Positions 48,930 through 60,500 of a stretch of DNA of 64,000 nt are shown piece after piece. The notes under the pieces are model-generated. The model searched no databases and was not told the DNA's origin. It worked only from the letters and a program-made list of their open reading frames with translations. The stretch is from NCBI GenBank assembly GCA_964247055.1, contig OZ176055.1, positions 6,262,001-6,326,000 on the forward strand. The letters run 5' to 3'. This DNA is from Paragordius varius. Lineage: Eukaryota > Animalia > Nematomorpha. A program made the translations under genes and the position numbers. Position 1 is the stretch's first letter. Each line of letters begins with the position of its first letter.

Positions 48930-49273
48930 TTAATCTTCAGATTCTGCAATAATTTTTAAGCAATCTCTTGCTAGCATCTTGTGAGGAATTATGTCTTGTA
49001 AAAACTCATAAACTTCATTAGAATTTACAACTTCGGCAAGATTTTTATAAGTTATATCATGAGAATCAGCATCCTTAAAACAAGATTTTGAAAGATTGGT
49101 TATAAAGAGTTCCTTAAAATTAAAAAAATATTTACTGTGGCTTTTGAAATTATAAAGAGTGAGTCTTCGCTTATATTATTTAGCTTCTCAATGTCTGGAG
49201 AACTCTTTATAATGGTTTTGATGCGACTAAATGGAAGTAAAGGGAACGCCTTATGTTTATCCCAAAAACTCAT
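48930..49273 (-). CDS. CHRAC1: Chromatin accessibility complex histone-fold subunit CHRAC1 (CHRAC15/16) (2 exons, 106 aa)
   Basis: Exons 49273-49136 and 49112-48930: MSFWDKHKAFPLLPFSRIKTIIKSSPDIEK...IISKAT|ELFITNLSK...ITYKNLAEVV...YEFLQDIIPHK. KSSP and FL.DI.P.K distinguish CHRAC1 from POLE4 and NF-YC. Confidence 0.88.
49113..49135 (-). other. 23-nt micro-intron (CHRAC1 sole intron)
   Basis: gtaaatatttttttaattttaag; splits the highly conserved histone-fold KAT|ELF exactly in phase 0. Retention frameshifts to a stop. Confidence 0.92.
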
Positions 49274-49367
49274 TGAATTAATGTACACACATATTACAGA
49301 TGTATCTAAACTTCAGATGGTCTTCATGCTGGGTAGTTTAATATCTATGCTTATTATATTATATTAA

Positions 49368-49949
49368 CACTTGGATACAACACACTCATTTTAGTCCTTC
49401 GATTCAAATTGGGGTAGTTGGATACCCCAGGCCTGTTTAAAATCAAATACTTTAAAAAGTATGGAAGCAATCAAAACCATGGCAAAATTTTGCACTTATA
49501 TAACATTAATTAACCGAAATATATAAAAAATTTTATTCAAAAATACTTGATATTACTTATTTTGAGCTAAAACTGAAAGGTAAAAATTTAGTCAACGTGA
49601 CATGTGTTAAATTGTAAAATTAAAAAATAATACAAAATAAACCGCTTTTTCTATTTCTATCCATGTTAGATGTAATTTATATAAAAAATAAGCTTTAGTT
49701 TTACCCTTAAAATTAAATGAAGTCGATATTTTGCAAAATTTTTGTAAAATAAAAATGGCGTCGAAGTAGTTTGAGATGAAACTTTTTTTTCAAAACAAAA
49801 TTTTATCAGGATATTTTGGCATATTTACATAATATTCATCAAGATAGAAGCATAAATTCAAATTGGGACCGTTTCCTTCAGTAGTTTTTTAAAAATTTAA
49901 ATTTAAATTTAGTCTGGGGTATTTAGATACCCCAATTTGAATCGAAGTG
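49368..49949 (-). mobile_element. piggyBac-like MITE (582 bp), second copy
   Basis: Near-identical reverse complement of 29355-29922; TTAA at 49364-67 and 49950-53; lies 95 bp upstream of the CHRAC1 ATG. Confidence 0.85.
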
Positions 49950-51542
49950 TTAAAAATCACATAATTTTGCTAAAAATTTTGTTTTACATTTCTCGATACG
50001 TTAAACTTGGCATTTTTTTAGAAAAAAAATTAAATTGGGTATGTCAGCAATTTTTTTTGGCATTTATTGATGTTAAAATTTTATTTTAAACTCTGTTTTT
50101 GGGCAGGAACCTGAGAGCAAAGTGTCTGTTTAATGCATTATGACATCTTCAGATTTGAATAATGGCCTAGTTTCTCCAAAGCTCCAACTTGTGAAACTAG
50201 TGTTTTGAAATTGCTTTTGTTATCAAACATCGCTCCACTATATTAGATAGAAAATATATAATTTACAGTTTTAGAACAACAAGATTCCAGAGTCTGTAAT
50301 CAGGACATCTCCAAATCACTAGTGAAATAAACAGTTAATATATTAAAATTAATAAAATAAAGTTTTAGTAAAATGCAGTCTGAAAGGTTATTAAAGTAAG
50401 TTACATTTGGCGATATAAAAAAATTAGGGAAAAAAATTGCGGCGAAAAAGATTAAGACGAGGTTTTATTGAAAAAAGTTTTTTACGCATGCGAATTAAAA
50501 GCTAGCGAAAACATATTTTTGAATTTAACCGATTACCTCTAAAGTTAAAATCTCTCGATAAACACAAAAGGTCATAAAGTATACAGACTACCAAAAAAAT
50601 TGGACCTACCCCATTAATATATTTTTTTTGGCTTTTTCTGAGGTTAAAAGAAGTAGGATTCCCAATAGATTTGGCTCTTTAATGATACATTTTCATGATA
50701 ATGATCTTATCACTTCAATGATGCCGCAATTAGATGGCAATCTAAATATTTTAAAACCTAAGAGATTGAATAAAGTATTAAATACCAATTTGGAATTAAA
50801 ATTATAAATATATTTAAAAAATAAAATTGTAAATCTTTATCTAAAAGCTTCAATATACTAATATTTTATTCAACACAAATGTTGATGTTACAATGTTTTT
50901 TTGCTATTACGAAGATGTAATTTAGTCAGCTTTTATGGTTAGAGTAGTGGATATTACCTGTTAGAATGTTAGCCTCTTGTCCCTTAAGTAAAATTATAAA
51001 TTTAACGCGTTATGAAGCCCTCATTATCACATGAGCTGACATTCTATGTTTGCTCGGCGTGCTGAAAGATAGAAACCTTATTTAGACCAATAGATATATG
51101 TCAAATTTGATTTATAATTTCAGTTTTTTTGACTTTATGCTAATTTCTCAAATATCACATTTCGAAAGCATTACATCACTATTGTAGTGTCCAACTCTGT
51201 GCGTAAAAATTCTTAAGAACATCAGAGATTTGATTAGTCTAATTATGGTAAGTACACTGTGAAGGACTTAAAAAATTAGTTATTTTTATCTACATTTTAG
51301 ATTCTTATAATTAAGTTATGCTAGTTATGCATGTTCTTTTTATAAGCCTAGAAGGCCCTAAAATGCGTGATTATTGCTAAAATAAACAAATAATTTTTGG
51401 GTTTCGTTTTCTAATAAAGGGATAAATTATTTCAAACGTTAAAAATTTGATTATTTTTTATTTTTTTTAAAACAAAACTAATACTAAATTATCTTCTCAT
51501 TTAGCTAAAAACTTATATTTCTGAGTTCACTGAAAACGTGAA

Positions 51543-51567
51543 TTGGCGCTGATTTCAAAGTTCAAAA
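51543..51567 (+). promoter_or_regulatory. Candidate E2F/CDE plus CHR (DREAM-type) element upstream of TopBP1
   Basis: TTGGCGC (51543-49) followed after 3 nt by TTTCAAA (51553-59) and a second TTCAAA (the reverse complement of CHR TTTGAA), 17-40 nt before the ATG. Motif match only. Confidence 0.35.
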
Positions 51568-51583
51568 TACATATGTTATCGAT

Positions 51584-54500
51584 ATGGAAAGAGTTGTAGA
51601 TCAAAATTATTTTTATTTTATTAAATCTAATACCGGGATCGGCGATATTTTGTTGTCAGCTTACAAAGTTTATATATATTTAAGTATATTTAGTCTTTAG
51701 AAAATAATGGATATCTGGTAAAATGGGTAGCCGAGCATGAAAGCATTGACATAATAAAATCTTTTTGCAAAACAAGCATCGTTTTTTTCATATGTGAAAA
51801 CTTTGAAAACAAATTTTTTGAAACTGTTTTGCAATTTCAGTCCCAACATATTAAGTATATTTAAATATGTAATAAATATAGATTATTGGGACCGTCAGTT
51901 ATATTATCTTGTTTGATCGAAAATTTACCAATTCCTAATTGGGAAGTACCAATTCATAATATGGCAATGAATGGAATGGTTGTATGTTGCACAAATATTA
52001 ATAATGACCAAAGAGTAATTAAGAATTTTTATAAATAAATAATTTATCATTAATGAACAAACAAATATGTGTTTTATAGTCTGAAATCTTTCAACTTGTA
52101 TCTCGAATGAAAGGGGAAGTTTTATTACATTTAACCTCATCAGTAACGCATCTTGTGACTGGCCGAGTTGGTTCAAAGAAATTTTTGATTGCACAACAAT
52201 TGGATATTCCAATTTATCAACCAACCTGGGTTTATAGCGCTTGGAAGCGTTCACAATCTGAGTAAGCTATTAATGGAACAAATATTGTTTAAATGGTTTT
52301 TATTTAAATACCTTTTTTAACTCTCACGAAACTTTATAAAGGGTAAGTAAATATTTGGATCTAAGTCAACTTACGACAAATTTATTTTTTATTAACCAAT
52401 TATCCAAAATTAACTCACTTTTTATTATTACGCATCATTAACTAATTTTATGTTAAATTTTTTATGTGCCTTTTTAGAATTATAAATGCCGATGATCCTA
52501 GTTTTAGTGGTGATAAATGCCCACTTTTCTTTGGTTTGATTATTACACTCACTCAATTTGATTCGGAAATGCGCAATCAAGCTAAAGAATGGATTGAAGA
52601 AAATGGTAATATTTTGATTTAAAAATTTTCCAAGATTTTAATATAATTATTTGGTATTTTTTAAAAAAATTAAAACTGATTTAATTAAAAATTATTGCGT
52701 TAAAGGGGGAACATATACGGGCGAAATGAAAATGAACCATGCCACCCACCTCATAGCCAAAGAACCAACAGGTTTTGAAACATATATTTTTTTTTTATTT
52801 TTTTTAAACAATAAAACATTTTTATTTTTTACATTTTTTTCGACAAAAAGGTACCAAATATGTCCATGCATGTAAATGGAAGAATATCCATATAGTTTCA
52901 TGGGCATGGTTGGAGGATTGCGTTCAACAATCAAAATTTTTAGATGAAACACCCTATCTATTGACTACCTCTACTACGATAAATAATAATAATAATAATA
53001 ATTTTAGTGCTAAAAATCATCCAACAATAGAGAAAAGCTTAGAGATATCAAAAAGTAACCCATCAGGAGATCTTATAAAGGATACAAAAATTGAATCTTA
53101 TCTTGCAAAGACGAATGATGGTGATTTACAACATACAACTAATTCAAACTTTACAACAATAATGACTAATTTAGGTTTTTTAAGGATATATTTTAAAGAC
53201 GTATTTTATATAAAAAATTTATTTATACCATAATTATTTTTTAGGTGATAAGAATCCAAGGCATATGAATTCTGAGAATCGTAGATCGTCATCTAATTTT
53301 AACATAGATTTTGAGGTTCCTGATATGCAACAAAACATGAATGATAAACCTGAAAAACGGTATTTTCTCATCATATTTTAATAAACGCTACTTTAAAATT
53401 GGAGTAATTTTTTTTGTATGGATATATTTCCAATATTAAAATGTGAATTTGTATCAATAAATACAATATAATTATTGGTCATTAATTATAGTTTTTTTTA
53501 ATTCTTATACTAAAGAACCACTGAAACTATGGCTAAACCCATGTTTGACAATGTGGTTAAAAATTTGATACAGCAATATCGGAAAGAATCTATCGACCCT
53601 ATGGAAAGCATTGATATCGATCTCAAAACTCATAATTCTGAGATGGAAAATAAATTAAAAGCACCCATTCCATCTTTTATCGCCGAAACAACTAATAATC
53701 CTGGTTAGTATTTTTATTAACAAATAATTTCGAAGATTTATAAACCGATGAGAGTGTTGAAATATATTAAATTATTTTTATAAATTATAGATGAATCAAA
53801 TATTTCTTTTATTCAGCCTGAAGGAATATCCTTTTTGAATACACCCACGAGTAATATAATTATGATAATAATAATTCATATTGCCTTTTTTTCATTATAT
53901 ATATATATTAGATTATAATTTATTATTGTTTTTCTGAAAAAACTTTTAAATCCTTTTAAAAAATTTAATTTAATGTTATATTAATTTACATTTCTATTGT
54001 TGTAACTATAGCTGGTGTTGTAAGAAATCAAAGTTATATGGTTTTTCTCTTTTCAACTTAAAATTTTTTTGTCTCATACACTTAAAATTTTTTATCTTTT
54101 TTATCTCTTATTTTTTACTGCATTATATATATTTATGCATATGTAAAAGGAGGAAAACCCGATGTATTTAATGGTAAAACTTTCTTACTTTTCCAACCCT
54201 TGTCCGATGATATCGTTAGCGGTTATGCTAAAATAACCCTCATGGATTGTGATGATTTATGTAAAAAGATTAAATGGTTAAGGGGTGTCCCACTCAAACG
54301 TGCAACCAAAAAGAATAAAGATACGATCGATTACATAGTTTGTCCCTTCTCATTAATCCCCTGTGCTAAAGAACAGAAACAAAAGCATACTGCCATAGCA
54401 ACGAATCAAGTAAATACGCTCTTTTTTTACAATGTTAGGATATTTTTTAATTTTTAAGGCTAAATATTTTTTTTAAAAAAACAGAGTTTTATTCATATTT

Positions 54501-57500
54501 AAATTGACCATTTTTGCCTTATCGAAAAAAATAGAGGTTAAATAACATTCAAAAAATTATTGAACGACGGATTTTAACAATAAATATTTCATTTTAAAAC
54601 AACATATTTAATTAATGCAAAGTATTTTATATAAAAAGTTTCACATTATAACGGACCTTTGCATAATTTGTCTTGCTTATCTTATTATCTTGTAAACCCT
54701 CTTTCAAAAATGTGCGGCCTGTAAAAGTTTTTTTAGAGAATGTTAAAAACTGAAAAACAGATTCCTAATCAAATTTTACGTTCATTTAACAATATTATAT
54801 TTCAACTTGGAAGCTAAAAATTAAAAACTCTAATTCCATAAATGCGATCCGCGAAACCCTTTGTGTTAGACACCCCTGTTTTAAATCATTTTAGCTATAT
54901 ATTTTATATATAAGGAAATGTTAATTCAAACCCTACGTCAACACGTGAATGCGTGTGAAAGTGCGACAAAAAAGTTTGTTCGTTTATGGGAATCATCTAC
55001 TCATATATTCAGTAAATCAAAAGCTCCCCCAACATTTGTTACACCATATTGGATAGATGCGTGTTTTAGGGCTAAAAAAATTCTTCCTTTAACCACTTGT
55101 CATCTAAATGCTAAATCTGGTTTATTTTAACTTACAGTTTTAATACATTATAATATATAATTAAAGCCAAATAAAGGTAAAATTGTGTAAAAAACGTGAA
55201 AACTAAAAGACCTATATTTTTGGAAAGATAACCCATACTTTTTTCCCCTGAACCCAAATGATTAAAATTGTAATATATATAATTGAATATTTTACCAATT
55301 TATATGTATCTTTATTACTTACTTTGCGACCCAAAAACCATATATTACAATAAATCAAAAAATATTTGTATCATTTAATTTTGCCTTTCGTCCTTTATAA
55401 TTTCAAGTATTACATTTGCACGCTTGAATATTTTATTTCAAAATCAATTTTATTTATTGTAGAGAGTGTTCCATACCAACCTTTTTTTACGCCTTTGGAT
55501 ATCGTTACGGATGATTTGGAATCTAAATTACATTTGCCCACAAGCTTGAAAGAATTAATGAATTTGCGTAAAGCTTTGAATGGTTGTACAATATGTGCAT
55601 CTCAATTTTCATTAGCCCGTATTCGAAACACCATTATACACCTGATTAATTTACTTGGTGCTAGGTAATACATATTTCGTTTTTTTTTAGTTTTGAAAAA
55701 ATGTCATTTATCATTGAAACCGCTTTTATTTGAGAAAAAAATTATTATACGGAAATGACAGATTTATACATAGGCCGTTAATATATTCAGCTCTAATGCA
55801 GAATAAATATTGACTAGAGGCAATTATATATTATTTGTCTTAAAACGGATATAGTGTTCTATCCTTATATTTATTGAGATTCTAAAATGTATAAATGAAT
55901 ATTTTTTTAAAATATACCATGGTTAATTATTAATTATACTCTAGATACGAAGATAAAATGATATTTCACAGTAGTAATGATGAAAACAACCGTTTATCAA
56001 AACTCAAAGACCGTCCTGACATTCAAAGTACAAATGGCAATACAATAACTCATTTAATTCTTGCTAATCCTTCCGGATTCAAATATAATCAAGCTGTAGA
56101 ATATAATAAGACAATACAAACTAATGTATCGAAAGTTAAAATTATGAAACCAGATTGGTTATTTGAATGTTATAAGGCTCGGAAACATATTTCAGAAGAC
56201 CTTTATACATGGGAAAATAGTAGCAATAATAAATCTACGGAAAACCAAACAAATGCCAATATGGATTGTGTTAATACAAAAGATATTCATAAATCTCAAA
56301 AATCTTTGGTTGAGTCAATCAATCAAACCAATAACGTTAGTATAAGGAATGAATGTGAAAAGTTAAATGTTACCATAAATAATGTTGAATCACCCAAACA
56401 AAATGATGTAGATATGAAAACGAAAGAAATAGAAATAAACGATATAAATGATAATTCAACAACTCCAGACCATACAGAATTAAATGGGTATTATGTAAAA
56501 TCTATATTTTAAGAATAAAATTATAACTGCGTATTACCATTTTTGGATAGTTAATAATAATTTTTGTAAAAAAATTTATTTAAAATTTAAAGATTTAAAT
56601 TATTATAATAATTTAAGACGTCATTGCAATAGTTAGATATTTTATTTATTGTTAAAAATATATTTTTATACAAAAAATTATTTTACTCATTCACAAAAAT
56701 ATTGGTATATTTATATTTTTATTCCTAGTTTAATTTTTTGCATATTGATTTAATTATATTAGGTTATGTATTTGAAACTTTAACGTATAAAATTAATTAT
56801 TGATATAAATAGTTTTCATTTTAAACATAAAGCTATTTATTAAACCACACTTATAGATAAATAATTTTTTAATATATTTATGTAAAATGCAACTTACCTA
56901 TTTTTTGGATGATTTAGGGAAAAAGATTATAATAGATCTCTAACGCCGGATAATTTAATTCAGCATCCACAAATTGGTATATTTTTTATTACTATCAAAT
57001 AAAAAAACATTTTTAGTTACTATCAATATATATTTATAATATTTTATAATATAATCCTAGGAGCCATGGAAAAAATATCATCAAGCAATCCTTCATTATC
57101 TTTTCAAGGTAATAAACAATTTATGAACCCTTAAAGTGTAAAATATTTTTTAAAATCCAATATCACCATAAAATTTGCGTAACTTATAGCCATTTTCTAC
57201 AAAAATATTAAAATAAAATTTGATTAAAATTTTCCCAATTCAATAATTTATATCACTTTGTTAAATATTGTTTGTAAATTTTGAAATTATACGGTAAAAA
57301 TTGGAATATATACGGACAAAATGTAAAAATATAAAGACAAATAATTTTTTTTTCTAAAAGAAAACCATACTTTTTAAACTCCATTTTTAAAATATAACTC
57401 ATTGTTTCGAATTGCAAATTATAAAATTGATATGTATATTGCTATCAATTCTATATATAACAGTTGTAATTAAATAACATATATAGAAAAATTAAGGTTT

Positions 57501-60500
57501 GAAAAAGTATGGTTGTCTTTTAGATAAAAATATTTTTCTTTATTTTTTACGTTTGTCCGTATAATCTCAGTTTTCACTGTATGTTTCATTAAATATAGTT
57601 TCCAAAAATTCAACACTACAGGTGATGTTATTTATTTATTGCAGCGAAACACAATGTCTAAAACCCTTTATAATTTGGAGAAAAAATTAATTCCATAATA
57701 TATATATATATATAATATATAAATTAGCAATATTTTAAATGAGTTAACACTTTTAAATTTTAATAGTTGTATTCCTTAATTTGTTTTCTTTTTTAGCTTA
57801 ACAAGTTTACTTGTAGAATTATAATTGAATATACTATTATTTCCATAAAGAACAAATAAGAAATTCACCCAAATTTATTTCTCAGCCTATTAAAGCAAGT
57901 GACAATGAAACACAGGAGAAAGAAAATACTACTACTTGTCAAGGACGATTCCAAATAGATGTAAATATTTAAAGCTATATAAATTTATTTATTATATTTT
58001 TTTATATTATTTTATCCCTATTTTTATAGGCCGCCCTAAAATCACTAAATTGTTTGGATAACATATTGGTCCGTAATAAGAGACGTTCTTCCATACCACT
58101 TTCACAAATTTTTAGTGAAAGAGCTGCTAAAATATTGGCAAAATCCCAACAAACCCCATCCAAATGTGCAGTAAGAAAAATTTAATTTGTAAACCATATA
58201 CTTATGATTAATATCCATATATTATGCATTATAGTTTTAAAAATCTCAAAGCATGCCTAGAAAATAATGGTAATTAATCATCGGGAGTTGGAATAATTCG
58301 TCCTTTTTAAACCGATATTTAGGCAAATAACAGTTTTTGTTACCGTTTAAGGAAACCGCAACAATCTTAATTCAAAAAAACTTCTTATAATTTTAAATGC
58401 AATATTAACTTTTTTATTTTATTGGATACAAGTATATTATTGTAAGTTCCGGAAATGTAGCTTATATACTTTTTGTCTTTATTTAATCACGTTATCACTT
58501 CGATTCAAACTAGGGTATTAAAAGACCTATAATTAATTTAGGTTGATATTTTCAAAAAAAGTACTGAAAGAAACGGGTCCGATTCAAATTTATGCTTTTA
58601 TCTTAATAAAAATTATATAGCCGAAATATCTAAATAAAATTTAGTTTTTTAAAAAAAGTTCCATAAATTACTTCGACGCTTTATTTTACAACGTTTTTGC
58701 GAAATATCGTGGATGTAAATCACATCTAACATTAATAAAAATAGAAAAAGTGGTTTATTTTGTATTATTATTCAATTTTACCATTGCAGACATGTCACTC
58801 TAACTAAAATTTTACTTTTGGCTTTCAGCTTAAAATAAATAAAAAAGTATTTTTGAATGAATCTTTTTATATATTACAATTTATTAATGTTATATAAGTG
58901 CAAATTTTTGCTATGGTTTCAATTAAATCTATATATTTTTGAAATATATAATTTTAAACAGGCCTGGAGTATCCAACTATCCCAATTTGAATCGAAATGA
59001 GTTGAATGTATTTATAATAGATTTTATGCAAATTTTGCAACGAAAAGAAGATACGCCAGAGCCGTTTTTAAAAAAATTGTGAAACTGCTGCGATCCAATT
59101 CATGTTATTTTAAGGCGAAAATGTTGATTTTTTATCCATATATTTAAATTATTTTTTTAAACACATATATAGACCCAAGCTGATGTAGATATGAAGGAAA
59201 TATGTGTACAAACCACTGAAACTAACACTGTCGATATTGGGGACAAGTTTAAAGATTTGATTCAAATGAATTCAATTATTCCTTCCATACCCATTATCAA
59301 CACTCGAACTAGCAATAGATTATCGGCTAAAAATACCAAGTTATTTTTATAAAAGATGCATAAAACTAGGATATTTTTCACCAAAGCAGAAATAGCGTTT
59401 GATTTTATAAAAAAAACTTTCAAAAAATATAGTGTAAATATTTTAAGATTCACAAAAATAACTACTATTAAATGGGTTTTTTGATTTTCGGGAATTTTAT
59501 GCCCAAAGGCTGGGATTTAAAAAAGGTGCCAAATCCTAACCCAACTATCGGGTATAAAAACTCTCTAAATCATAAAACTGAGATGATATATATAATTTTT
59601 TCCCATATACCATATTGAATAAAATAGCATTTATAAAAGAAATTTCCTAAATTAATCATACAATACTTTCGCTTTGGTGTGCATATTATCTTTAAATTTC
59701 CTAATATAATAATTTTTTAGCATTTATTTTTTTTCAATGAATGTTTTAGCAAAGCCAATAGTAACGGCCCGCACAACAGTTCTCTTGTCGATGAAAATGG
59801 TTTCATAAATTCAGGTAATTTATTATAAATTATATTCATTATCTTTAAAGTATAAGCATCCCAAAAAATATGTCATATTTAAATCGAGTATGCACTGTAA
59901 AAAGTAATATTTAACCTATATCGGGTTTTTATTTTATTTCTTGCAGTTGATATTCCTTTTTTATGTTAAATTTAGCCAAAAAACCTAAGCGAAACATACG
60001 AGTTAAAGAACCAAGTTTGAATTTTGTCGAACACTTTCCTGAATCCAATAATAACTATGAAGAAACAAAACCGAAAAATAAGCCCTTAACGAATGCCATT
60101 GATTTTGATAATTTGAGTGATATAACAAACGTTGAATCATGTTCTATCACCAATTTTTCTGGTAACACAAATGGCACGGCAGTAAACCAGCAATCTGTAC
60201 ATTCATTATCAAAATTGGTATCGCCTTTACGCACCTCTAATACTGGGTAAGTAATGTTTTATATAAGTTTATAATGAGTAAATTGTGGTTAGCTCTTTTG
60301 AATACATTTTAAAACAGTTAATTATGCAGAAAATATTTTATCAGGTATGTTAATTTATTTTAACCTATGATATTTTAGTAACCAAAAGAACCAAGCCATC
60401 CCAACAAATCTTGACACATCTTTGAACAAAAGTGCTCAGCTTGAAAAAGAGTTTGAGGACATTGTTAAAATGACGGAACAACATAGTTTACTTAGAAAAC

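Noticed and set aside
51248-51300. GTAAGT...TTTTAG 53-nt segment as a TopBP1 5' UTR intron or upstream coding exon
   Set aside because: The following frame stops quickly and there is no constraint to test it. If real, it would fill the 28-64 nt gap and weaken the positional rule, so it should be checked in RNA data.
54012-54032. Possible 21-nt micro-exon in TopBP1
   Set aside because: It has AG/GT flanks and is symmetric, but the neighbouring exons join in frame without it and there is no homology support.
55120-55137. 18-nt GT-AG segment after TopBP1 exon 12
   Set aside because: Removal does not lead into an open conserved frame; the donor splices productively to 55463 instead.
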